DNA from: Eledone cirrhosa
Taxonomy: Eukaryota
Reading direction: 5' to 3'
Length of the DNA: 64,000 nt
Assembly: GCA_964016885.1 (NCBI GenBank)
Contig: OZ024740.1
Coordinates: 375,038,001-375,102,000, forward strand
The position numbers were made by a program, and so were the translations under genes. Positions 1 to 11,171 of this stretch are shown here, one piece after another; within the stretch, counting starts at the first letter, position 1, and each line of letters starts with the position of its first letter. Below the pieces are notes generated by a model. It worked only from the letters and a program-made list of their open reading frames with translations. It searched no databases and was not told where the DNA came from.

Positions 1-585
1 ATATATACATACATGCACACATATATATATATGTACGTATGCATTCACCGAACATTTATTATGATGCTCGGTGTTTTTGTAAACAAACATCCCGAATTAA
101 GCCGTACGGTGTCTAGCAACCATCGTTGCTCATTTGTTCAACCACCGTTGCTCATTTGTACATACTACTGTACGTCTGTATACATATATGTATGTACGTA
201 TACATACTCATATTTAAGTAACAGCCGTACTAAGAGTGAGAAATGAAATTTCGTTTCATTTTTCCGTTTATCGTTTTCGGTACCCCGGCCGATTAACTCA
301 CTCGATATGCAAATGAGGCTGCTCAGCCGTTAATATCCATATGGAAGTATATACTTTCAGACGTTCCACCATCTGTCAGGAAGGTATACTTTGCTGACGA
401 TAGCTAATAAGCTTGAAACTAGTACAGCGTTCCTTTATCAGTATTGAACAAATGAGCAACGATGGTTGCTAGACACTGTACGGCTTAATTCGGGATGTTT
501 GTTTACAAACACACCCAGCATTATAATAAATGTTCGGTGAATCCATACGTACATATATATATATATATATATGTGTGTGTGCATG

Positions 586-664
<79 letters not shown>

Positions 665-761
665 TACTGTACCTCTGTATACATATATGTATGTACTTAT
701 ACATACTTATATTTAAGTAACAGCCGTACTAAGAGTGAGAAATGAAATTTCGTTTCATTTT

Positions 762-768
<7 letters not shown>
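1..768 (+). mobile_element. Non-coding PLE pLTR/retrozyme-like unit, family A: inverted 5' piece (1-141), ~500-bp monomer (162-660) and partial repeat (661-768)
   Basis: 1-141 is the reverse complement of ~445-590; 162-268 is repeated at 661-768; HHR motif at 391-427; ends in (TA)n. Related pieces at 15842-15945, 16165-16400 and 32155-32280. Confidence 0.7.
391..427 (+). ncRNA. Minimal type I hammerhead ribozyme (CUGACGA core)
   Basis: ttg-CTGACGA-t-agct-aata-agct-t-GAAA-ctag-TA-cag; palindromic ACTAGT stem III; stem I only ~3 bp. Confidence 0.65.
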
Positions 769-828
<60 letters not shown>

Positions 829-1072
829 CAATATATTTAGAAACACACAGATGCATGCGGACACACACATATATACATGAATGCATCCTCCGCACCCAAC
901 TGTGAGTTAAGGGTGCCAACTTCACCGGTGTTGCTCAATGAATGACCGGGACAGACCAATTCAGTTGAACTAGACTGAACCAGTATCAGAGTTAAAAATA
1001 CATTATGAAGAGAGAAGAAACATTTAGATATAATTAGTAATAAAATGTATCATACCTAAACTGCTCCTAAAT

Positions 1073-1162
1073 TCCTCGACTACGTAGTTTCGTGGCATAA
1101 ACAAAAACAATATATCATAAAGATATAGAGTCCCTGCGAGGTCTGCCGACTTATCAAGAGGA
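1073..1162 (-). ncRNA. Type I hammerhead ribozyme, U3-A8 variant (inverted copy)
   Basis: Exact reverse complement of 1941-2030. Confidence 0.8.
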
Positions 1163-1940
1163 TACCTCATTTTACTAGTCTCAAGAACGCGTCTACACGA
1201 CGTGAGAAAGAATCCCAAAAGGCGGAGGGGGAGATAGTCACGCGATATAACGGTCGAGAAACAGAGCTAAGCCTCTTATAACCACGAAGAAAATAACACG
1301 GAGGCGGAGGGGGTATTCATATCGAGGCCGCAGAAGAGGTGGTGAAGAAGGCTAGAAGTATGAGTAATGGAAGCTTTCCAGTTGTCCCCACACTTCAAAG
1401 ATTGCTCGACCAGAGGGAGTTATTAACAATGAGGAATTTAGGAGCAGTTTAGGTATGATACATTTTATTACTAATTATATCTAAATGTTTCTTCTCTCTT
1501 CATAATGTATTTTTAACTCTGATACTGGTTCAGTCTAGTTCAACTGAATTGGTCTGTCCCGGTCATTCATTGAGCAACATCGGTGAAGTTGGCACCCTTA
1601 ACTCACAGTTGGGTGCGGATGCATTCATGTATATATGTGTGTGTCCGCATGTATCTGTGTGTTTCTAAATATATTGTTAATAACTCCCTCTGGTCGAGCA
1701 ATCTTTGAAGTGTGGGGACAACTGGAAAGCTTCCATTACTCATACTTCTAGCCTTCTTCACCACCTCTTCTGCGGCCTCGATATGAATACCCCCTCCGCC
1801 TCCGTGGTATTTTCTTCGTGGTTATAAGAGGCTTAGCTCTGTTTCTCGACCGTTATATCGCGTGACTATCTCCCCCTCCGCCTTTTGGGATTCTTTCTCA
1901 CGTCGTGTAGACGCGTTCTTGAGACTAGTAAAATGAGGTA

Positions 1941-2030
1941 TCCTCTTGATAAGTCGGCAGACCTCGCAGGGACTCTATATCTTTATGATATATTGTTTTT
2001 GTTTATGCCACGAAACTACGTAGTCGAGGA
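1941..2030 (+). ncRNA. Type I hammerhead ribozyme, U3-A8 core variant; predicted cleavage after C2025
   Basis: tcctc-TTGATAA-gtcggca...tgccac-GAAA-ctacgtag-TC-gagga: 5-bp stem I, extended stem II, palindromic ACTACGTAGT stem III, GUC triplet. Confidence 0.85.
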
Positions 2031-2102
2031 ATTTAGGAGCAGTTTAGGTATGATACATTTTATTACTAATTATATCTAAATGTTTCTTCTCTCTTCATAA
2101 TG

Positions 2103-2152
<50 letters not shown>

Positions 2153-3124
2153 TCTGGATAATTCGTGAGAGCAGTCGTGCAAATTTCAAAATTTACAAGA
2201 CTAGTGAGACGAAGGATTACTGAAACCAAAGGACACAGTATAGTGGATGCTGGGTAAATGATCCAGTGTTCAGGTGATTGTGTTAAACTAGGTGGGCTAT
2301 GATATGAACGCAGGAAAGAACAACAATCCTTTAGTTTGATGTTTGAAGAATTTCGGTAATCAACTCTACTAAAGTGGTACTTTACTTTCTCGAAGAGAAA
2401 CAGATAGACACCTTTGATCTCAGCGAGATTTGAACTAGTAGCGAAATTCACAGTAAATTCGACTCGGCGTTTGATTTATGCTAAAAGTCTCTCACAATTT
2501 GTCATCAACCAATGCCATTTAAAAGATACATTAGGAGAAAAAAGTAGCCATGGAAACAAAATAATTCTGATTACATGTGGAAACAGGTGTGCCCACATGA
2601 GCCCACACCTAAAAATCTAGTCAAAATGTTGGTAATATTCCCAGAAATATTCTTTCAATCACTAATGAGGTAACGCTTAAGTGTTTCCTATTTGAAAGAA
2701 TGGTTGGAAATGAATCAATGACGCATTTGAAGAAAATGAAAGGTTTGGAAAACATCCAATCTTAATGTATTTTGTTAGGTCAGCGTCAGATAATTAAAGG
2801 ATAAATGAACGTCGACTATATTGAAAATATTAACATAAAAGCAAAAGGCACGCCACATAGAATTACGAAAGATATTATAACATGAGTTGTAAAGGAAATC
2901 TTTAAAACCTGAAAGGGTTCTAAACCTATATTTAAGGTTATTCCTAAGGGTAACAACAAAGTAAAGTACCATATTTATTAGTTGGCAATAGCAGGAGTAG
3001 GAGGTTATATCAAAAGCAAGATAAGTACAAAATACTGATTATGTATACATCAATACACATAACACATACATGAACACACTTACATAGATATATGCATATA
3101 TCCACACAGAAACAGAAACATCCC

Positions 3125-3225
<101 letters not shown>

Positions 3226-3264
3226 AAACGAATTAAATGTATATATATATATATATATATATAT

Positions 3265-4187
3265 AATTCGTTTTTGAATTTGTTTTGCGAGATTTCTTAT
3301 CTGAATACGTGTGTTGAAACATATATTTTTATACTTTGGGATGGTCAGGCTGCCAATAAAAACACACGCACCTGGTGGTTTTCACGTCAATTTATTATAA
3401 GTTTCTAGTTGGGTGGTTGGTTCGTTAACCAGAAGTTGTATATATACTATCAAAGCTGTTTCATCACACATACTGTGACCTATTCAGTGACTAAGTTTGT
3501 ATTCCGTGTCTCTCTTTTTTCTGTCATACCATTCTATTTTTGTGTGGTATGTGTTATATGCGTAGTTTGCTCATGCATTACATCCGGGCGTGAGTAGTAT
3601 GTGTGTTTATTTATTTATTTACGAGTTTATTTACATGTCACTAGTTGGTTTTTGTTCAATCTGTGTGAGTCTCATTTCATTTGTTAGTTTGGTTTTTATG
3701 TGTGTCTGTAGGCCTTTATTTTTTTCCTTAATTAATAGCTGTGATGTTACTATTCCACTCATGTTTTCTGTTTAATCTTGGTGGGAGTTCGTTTAGATCT
3801 GTCGCTTCTGTAATTTGTCTGAGCATTGCATCATTTATGCGTGTGGATATGATTTGTGTGTCTATGTTCTCTAATGTGCCCCTATGTTCTATTTTGGCCT
3901 ATTCTTGGAGTAATGATGAGCTTTTCGCATCCTGAAGTCCTCGCCAATGAACACGCAACGCCCAAAAACAATAATGTGTAGGACAGAACATAGGAGTGAC
4001 ACAAAATAAAAACTAATCACTGAGGAGACGACATAATATCTGACGAAAGAGCTTCGACAATATATCAATAAACTTCCGGTTATCGAAGCAACAAACCAAC
4101 TGTAAACGTATAATAAATTGAAGTGAAAAAATAACTGGTGCGTGTGTTTTTTATTGGTAGCATGACTCTCCAAAAATATAACAATAT
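3265..4187 (-). mobile_element. Old fold-back PLE (family C) with a GIY-YIG C-terminal remnant
   Basis: 3325-3500 and 4005-4187 are diverged inverted copies; minus strand ~3950-3730 reads ...LRQITEATDLNELPPRLNRKHEW, like the end of a PLE endonuclease; HHR-like motif at 3449-3491. Confidence 0.65.
3449..3491 (-). ncRNA. Degenerate minimal hammerhead ribozyme
   Basis: gtca-CTGAATA-ggtcacagtatgtgtgat-GAAA-cagc-TT-tgat; core G8 mutated. Confidence 0.5.
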
Positions 4188-4204
4188 ACATATATATATA
4201 TATT

Positions 4205-4238
<34 letters not shown>

Positions 4239-4246
4239 CGCGTGCG

Positions 4247-4294
<48 letters not shown>

Positions 4295-4399
4295 TGTGCG
4301 TGTGTGTGTGTGTGTGTGTATGTGTGTGTGTGTGTGTGTGTGTGTACGCGTGTGTGTGTGTGTGCATGTATATATATATATATATGTATGTATATATAA

Positions 4400-4832
4400 A
4401 TGAAAATATTACGAAAGAGAATGCGGACTGTTAGATCAAGTTTATAAAATAAGCTCCTACGTATGTTTCGCCCGAAAAGGGCTTCTCAAGGGCATATGAT
4501 GCAGAAAGTGTTCAATCTAGAACCCACAATGTATGTGGATTGCTTTCAGGCCCTACCTAGTACTTCGCTTTTGTGTGTCTTTGGGATACCGTAGAAGAGG
4601 CTGGTTCTGGTTTTGAAATTGGTGATGTAGTTGTATTCCTTGTCTGTAAGGCCTTCTTTGTAAGGGGTTATTAGGGATTTTAGGTTTCTCATTATTTTCT
4701 GCTGTGTGCCTTTTCATAATAGGTTTAGTTTTCTAGAGTTGAGAGTACTATAGTTGTATAATAATATGTCTCCATATTGACTACTGCACTCCCTTTATCT
4801 GCTCTTCGATTGTTAGTGTTTTGTCGTTTAAT
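4400..4832 (-). mobile_element. Internally deleted PLE: RT N-terminal fragment fused to an HHR-bearing terminal repeat
   Basis: Minus strand reads LNDKTLTIRRADKGSAVVNM ... YNYITNFKTRTSLFYGIPKTHKS (ADKG and FYGxPKxHK PLE motifs), followed directly by the HHR. Confidence 0.7.
4453..4493 (-). ncRNA. Minimal hammerhead ribozyme, U3-A8 variant
   Basis: gccc-TTGAGAA-gccc-ttttc-gggc-GAAA-catacg-TA-ggagc. Confidence 0.65.
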
Positions 4833-4907
4833 AGATATTTATGTATATATATATATATATGTATGTATATATGTGTATATATATGTATGTATATATGTGT
4901 ATATATA

Positions 4908-5498
4908 TACTGGTAACATGCATCCCAGTACAAACTGTCTCATGGTCGGGTCGTTGGCGACTAACCGAGCAAACCCCACCAAGGTTTCTTGGTGAGGAGG
5001 GTGACTTTGGACATCCTGCAGGACTAAAAACAAAACCTGTCAAAGGACAAAGGAGCTCTTAAGAGTCAATGGCCATCCAAAATCACCGGGAGAGATGACC
5101 CATTAGCCTTTGACAAGGCAGTATTCTAGGAGAACGAAAACTCTGGTATAACACCTGCAACCCTGATGGTATCCAATGATGTTGACTTGTTCTTCTTTTT
5201 GGTAAATATCATCTTGGTTAAGAGAGTGGGACTGGCTTTGTGCAGTGCCTTTGCTCACTATAAAAGCTTCACGGCACAGGCATTGCTTTATATCTGGAGA
5301 GATATCTGCACTTGTCGTCCCATGGTACCATGGGCCCAGCACTATGTGTCAATAATTGTCATGAGTCTAGTGTTTGTACCAGAGTTTTCAAGTCGCTGGC
5401 TGGACTAAAATGTCACACTTGTTCAGCGCATCGGTAGGGGTTCTCCTACATGGATATAAAGAAGTGGTCGTACTCGAAAACGAGTTGGCAGCCACCAT
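4908..5498 (-). repeat. Unclassified dispersed repeat; second partial copy at 57634-58008 in opposite orientation
   Basis: 5125-5498 is a close reverse complement of 57634-58008; both copies are embedded in TA/CA tracts. Confidence 0.7.
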
Positions 5499-5742
5499 AT
5501 ATGTATGTATATATATATATTAGAAAGTGAGGTTTTTTTACAAAATGAAAAATAACCGAGGTATCCTACACGAGTGAAAATATATAGAAAACAAGATGAA
5601 CTCGAAAATGTAAAGGAAGTCTTTTTTTAAAAATAAATATATATTTATTTGGTTCCTTTACCGGTTTCTTCTGCTTTTCAAAAGTAGAGTTGAGATAGAG
5701 GGTCTGTGGTTTATCACACACACACACATATATATATATATA

Positions 5743-6023
5743 TAACGAAGAAAATGTGGTAAGGAACCAGGTGGACCATAACGCACCAAAGTACTCAATA
5801 CTTACGGTAGTAGAGTGGGTAATAGGAACCAGTAAGACCCCGACGGCTGAGCTCAAGCCGTTTCGACGGCTAATTCTGGACTCTAATGTCCAGAATTAGC
5901 CGTCGAAACGGCTTGAGCTCAGTCGTCAGGGTGCTACTCACTCCTATTACCCATTCTGCTACCCTAAGTATTGATTACTTTGGTGCGTTATGGTCCACCT
6001 GGTTCCTTACCACGTTTCCTTCG

Positions 6024-6025
<2 letters not shown>
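5743..6025. mobile_element. Short hairpin made only of the 3' end of the PLE family at 46953-49862 and 52401-54954
   Basis: Near-perfect inverted repeat of ~140-bp arms centred at ~5884; arms match 54816-54954; includes only the GAAA/stem III half of the HHR. Confidence 0.8.
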
Positions 6026-6081
<56 letters not shown>

Positions 6082-6089
6082 CATATATA

Positions 6090-6156
<67 letters not shown>

Positions 6157-6167
6157 GTATGTATGCA

Positions 6168-6592
6168 TGTTGTTATATTCGGGGTGGGTCATGACGCCTA
6201 TATAGCCAATAAAAAGCACCACCCCGCTATAGGATTTTCACTTTCTCTTTATTACTAGTTATTCGTTAGTTCCTCGACGTTCCGTTGTCATACATTATGT
6301 GACCTCCCCAGTGACTATATGTTCACTTTTGCGCAACTCTTCTTTCTTGTTTTAATCTGCTACTCAATCCTGACGAGAATATGATATACAAAATAGAACA
6401 TATACACACTGAGGAGGTCACATAACGTGTGACCAGGAATTTTGAAGAACCAACGAATACCTAGTAATATAGTGTATATCTTATTCTGTTTGCGTTTCCT
6501 TTTATTGACATTATTAGCAATACGATCATTTCCAAGTATGATTATATCGGTTTCAACACACATCAAGGCAATTTCACCGCAAAACAAATACA
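6168..6592. mobile_element. Old family C fold-back, terminal repeats only, degenerate HHR (CTGAGGA at 6409)
   Basis: Diverged inverted arms; ends match family C (ttgttata-t-ggg on the left, tcggtttcaacacac tail on the right). Confidence 0.55.
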
Positions 6593-6619
6593 TATGCTTA
6601 TATATATATATATATATAT

Positions 6620-6985
6620 CTAAGGCGGGTAAAATTCCCGAGATCCATGGACGAGTTCTCTCCAGCGGTCTCTGTCCCTCATTATCGCTGCCATGTCCTG
6701 CGTCTCCAACGACCAGTGTCTGTCCTTAGGGAATCAACATACGTTAACCTTGGTCTTCCTCTTCTAGTGTGTCCATGTAGGGGCTCCCAAAGGAGCAGTG
6801 AGTGCAATGTCAACTCTGGATGTCGGTGAGCATGTCTAGCTAATCTCAGTCTCCTCTGTGTTACTTTTGAGCTGACTTTTGGGATGCTCCCATACAGCTC
6901 TGAGATTTTCATGCTCAGTGTATACTGATTAATGTTCAGAGCCATCCTCAACATTCTCGTGTAGCACCCATCCACCATTGGCTCA
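6620..6985 (-). mobile_element. 3' end of an RTE-like LINE
   Basis: DGCYTRMLRMALNI...QRRLRLARHAHRHPEL...LLLWEPLHGHTRRGRPRLTYVDSL, the typical post-RT C-terminus of RTE-type LINEs; ends in (TA)n. Confidence 0.8.
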
Positions 6986-7053
6986 TTGCATTTGTGTGTG
7001 TGTGTGAGTTTGAGAGGGGTGGTGGGAGAGATGGAGAGAGAGAGAGAGAGTGA

Positions 7054-7838
7054 TGATTTCTTCATAGAAGCCTCATTCTTATAGCCTGGTCTATTGGATT
7101 TTTATATAGTTAATTATGCTAATTGGGAGAGGAAATGGTATATATTTTATCTTGTGATTCTATAGACATGTTTTATGATATATAGCTCTGATTATTTAAT
7201 TTATTAATTTTTCATTGACCCACAAAGTGAGCCATTGCAAACACGTATAAGTATATATATGTATATATATATGTAAACTTGTATATGTAATAATCTCCCA
7301 TTAGGTTGAGATACAAATTTGGCTGTATTGTGCTGTGCTTTCTAGCAAAAATGCCACCAGTCGTAAGCAACTACCACACCTCTTCCAACCTGACCGCGAC
7401 TACGTCACGATTCTTAGCCATTTTGAATGAATTCTTGGCGCAATCACTTTGGAAAATTTAGTGTCTAGATAAGAGCAAATCTCCTGATGAATCCGGTGCT
7501 CGAGGTTATATAATTATTACATAATTATTGGAAAACTCAAAATGCGGATGAAACCATGGTAGAGTTATATAAATGTATTCTATTTTCTCCTAGTTTATTT
7601 TACACCTAATTCTGTTTAGTTGACTATATGTAGGCGATTATGCTGTCGAAATATTCGATAAATATTCCGTTGCGGCCGACGCGAAGGGCTAGTTTCGGTT
7701 ATTTATTGAAGATTTCTTCATAGAAGCCTCATTCTTATAGCCTGGTCTATTCGATTTTTTATATAGTTAATTATGGTAATTGGGAGAGGAAATGGTATAT
7801 ATTTTATCTTGTGATTCTATAGACATGTTTTATGATAT
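7054..7838 (+). mobile_element. Non-coding ~657-bp HHR monomer with a 128-bp direct terminal repeat (family D)
   Basis: 7054-7182 repeated at 7711-7838; HHR at 7481-7564; homologous to 61143-62127. Confidence 0.75.
7481..7564 (+). ncRNA. Type I hammerhead ribozyme
   Basis: ctc-CTGATGA-atccg...cggat-GAAA-ccatgg-TA-gag; palindromic ACCATGGT stem III. Confidence 0.8.
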
Positions 7839-8589
7839 ATATATATATATATATATATAACCGGCTGCTATTTTTTGCGGCACGAGTATGCGACTAGCTA
7901 GGCGCTGTGACACATGTGCGTTCAACAAACATTTCTCTCAGTCTTCTTAAGTATTTTGAAGTGAATCTTACCAATTTCTGGATACCTGCAGAAGAGCACA
8001 GGAATAGGAACTTTCACTTAATTGTTGCGAAAGAAATTTAAAATGTGTCCAGGTATCACGGCTATTGTAAATATAGGTTTGTTTTTATTGATTTATTATT
8101 TTAAATCGAGACAAGCATATCGTATTATTTTAATTAGTATTTTTCAATCTAGCTAACTTGGTCATTTGCAATGCGAACACATATATAATTGTATCAGTGT
8201 TTATCCCTATCATATATTCATTTGTATTACACGGCTCGGAAATATTCCTTTCTTTCAGCTATTTAATTGTAAAAGACTATTGAGTTTATAACTCTCTCTC
8301 TCTCTCTCTATCTCTCATTCTGGTACTGGCAGCATTTTAGTACCATCTACCCTGGGGATACCCCCATGTACTTCTAATTCTGATATCTCGGCCGTGGACT
8401 ACTTAAACTGCATTGCACAAATATATGATTAATATAAACTGTAGACACGGTATTGGTTGTGATAACATAATCCTGTGCATGGAATGCCACCATGAGATAG
8501 ATTGATGATTAGGTAGGTAATCTTATTGTTATGTGAATATATACTCTATACGATCAGTTCAATGAATTATGCACAGGTGATACATGAGT

Positions 8590-9207
8590 TAGGAGTTTCT
8601 GTGTTGCTTGATGACCTGATTGGTATATTTTGATGAGAGAACTGGCCCCCGGACCACCCTGGTGAATTTACCGGGGATGCAGTCATACAATGACCTGAAA
8701 CTTGCCGGGAGTCTTGTATGATAATAATACCATTATTAGTAGTGAGACCCATATAATTAATTGTGTAGTCTGACTCTTCTTATAGATTGTCCAGGTGTGG
8801 CACTCCATATTAGATTGTAATCATCATGATATGAACTCCTTTAGTACTTATTAAGAGACTCCACTCTAATTTGTAGATAAGATACCTAATTTAATTTATA
8901 TGTGAGATGGGAGTTTATGTATTGCTTGATGGCCAGACTGGTGTCTTTATATGAGAAATTTGATCTCCGGACCATCCTGAAGATATTCAGATTTACCAAG
9001 GATTCAGACATACAATGACCCGGAGCCTACCGGGAGTCATATATATAGGACCATGCCAGGTCCTGCGGGAGGAATTACATTCACAAAGAACATTGATTTG
9101 GGGGTCTGACTCCTCTTATAGAATGTTCAGATATGACACCCCTTAATAGAAGGTAATCATCCTGATATATACACCTTAGTACTTCTTAATAGACACCACT
9201 GTAACCT
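8590..9207. repeat. Diverged tandem duplication, period ~320-340 bp
   Basis: Shared blocks ggagttt-tgt-ttgcttgatg, ccggacca-cctg, catacaatgacc, gtctgactc and ttagtactt in 8590-8870 and 8910-9207. Confidence 0.65.
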
Positions 9208-9837
9208 ATAAATAAGTAACATAATCTAGAAATTAGTTATAACATCATATGATAGGCACTTATTTGAAACACTATTAATGTAATTTAGGATAATAAATTT
9301 AACTAAGAAAACCAGCTAGTTACCTCCCCTTACGCATTAATTACCCTTGATCATACAGACACTTCCGGAATATAATATCATCACACAAAACTAAACAACA
9401 TGATCTATTAAATAAGAATCGACAAGATACTGTTTATAACTTGGTTATATGCTGAACCATCGTGAATTATATGATAGACCCGTGTTCTATATATTGCGTC
9501 TCATGGAATATGTGAGTGGTGGTGTGAGCGAAGATAGTGGTACTGTTTTGCCTACGATATAATATGGTTTATAATATGTTTGAAATTTTTGATATTTTGG
9601 TGTTTCGCTACATTCGGGACTGTATATCATACAGGTGTATGCGAATAAATGATTTAATAATTCAGCCCACATAATAATATCGATTGCCTGCTTCAACTGC
9701 CTGACCCTGCAAATAACATTCTGACGCAATCTAATCCTGTATAAATAAGACACGCGTGCATGCTACACGTGACATTGTTTCATACACTGACTACTCTAAA
9801 CTTTCCTCTTGCTTTATCTTCATAGACTGCCAATGCT

Positions 9838-10045
9838 TCATTTTTATTTTCACTTTTATTTTTATTTTTATTTTTATTTTTATTTTTATTTTTATTTTTA
9901 TTTTTATTTTTATTTTTATTTTTATTTTTATTTTTATTTTTATTTTTATTTTTATTTTTATTTTTATTTTTATTTTTATTTTTATTTTTATTTTTATTTT
10001 TATTTTTATTTTTATTTTTATTTTTATTTTTATTTTTATTTTTAT
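9838..10045. repeat. (TTTTTA)n hexanucleotide tract
   Basis: Directly visible. Confidence 0.95.
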
Positions 10046-10286
10046 CCTTTAACCTTTATATGTAAATTGCCATGCTATATCATTTTGATGGATGTCATCC
10101 CACTGTGGATCAATATGTGCATATGTTTTATATGTCTCTTGTGTTGAAAAGGAGGTCAAGTATGTTATAGATCACTAAATAGTTGCTCCGAAGAATCCAA
10201 ACCTCGGTTTGGAGGAAACAATTGTAAGCAAATAAATTATTTAAACTGAACATTGATTATTGAAATCTCTCTCTATATATATATAT

Positions 10287-10970
10287 ATAAAGAATTAGTA
10301 TATCTACCAACACATATATATACAGATGCATACCTATGCTAGCAAATATATAGGTTTTGTCTTAGTAACTTAGTGGTTCAATGCAAGGGGATGCTGAACA
10401 ATTATATGAAAGACGTAAAATAAGAAAATTATAAATATTAACTTACTAAAATTTCACTCCAACTAATTACTTTCTGAAATGGAATAAACATGGTTTCCAA
10501 ATGGATAGCATGGAGTAGTTTCGTAATCAGGAAGTCTGTTCTCAGCTAAGTTACCAGGCGATGCGTGGGACACAGGGAACTTATACAAAAATAATTCAGT
10601 GGATGGAAAAAAGCAAGCGTGCACTAAATTTCAAGACATTGAAAGAATCACTGCCTACTTGGTCGGTTGTAAATTCCAAAGAATCAATCACGTGACATCG
10701 AGGTTAATCAGTGAGGAGTGGGGTGTTAGAAAGACAGTAGCCGAGTCATTACTAAGAACTATAGTAGCAGTTTTGGCAAATTTCTCCTCAACAAAATAAT
10801 TTGGAGATAATTATAAAGAATTAGTATATCTACCAACATATATATACAGATGCATACCTATGCTAGCAAATATATAGGTTTGTCTTAGTAACTTTGTGGT
10901 TCAATGCAAGGGGATGCAGAACAATTATATGAAATACGTAAAATAAGAAAATTATAAAAATTAACTTACT
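10287..10970. mobile_element. Non-coding unit with ~160-bp direct terminal repeats (period ~526 bp), probably a PLE-type monomer
   Basis: 10287-10447 repeated at 10813-10970; TA flanks; only a degenerate HHR-like motif on the minus strand near 10510-10550. Confidence 0.55.
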
Positions 10971-10995
10971 TACTATATATTAACTGACTTACTTA

Positions 10996-11031
<36 letters not shown>

Positions 11032-11136
11032 CATTTATCTGAAAAGAAATGATAATCAGAACAAGTTCAAAATAAGTTATAGCTATTATCAGACGTCTAC
11101 ACATAGATCTTCATGAGCACCTTATGTAATAGATGA

Positions 11137-11171
<35 letters not shown>

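Larger units (their letters stand above)
826..2102 (+). mobile_element. Fold-back insertion of a non-coding 595-nt HHR-containing monomer (retrozyme-like / non-autonomous PLE)
   Basis: 826-1430 is the reverse complement of a permuted 1431-2025 monomer; 2026-2102 repeats 1431-1507; (TA)n on both sides; arms nearly identical. Confidence 0.85.

Noticed and set aside
1024-2079. Identical 64-aa ORF on both strands (MGFFLTSC...)
   Set aside because: A by-product of the inverted repeat; it starts at a non-ATG codon and overlaps the ribozyme.
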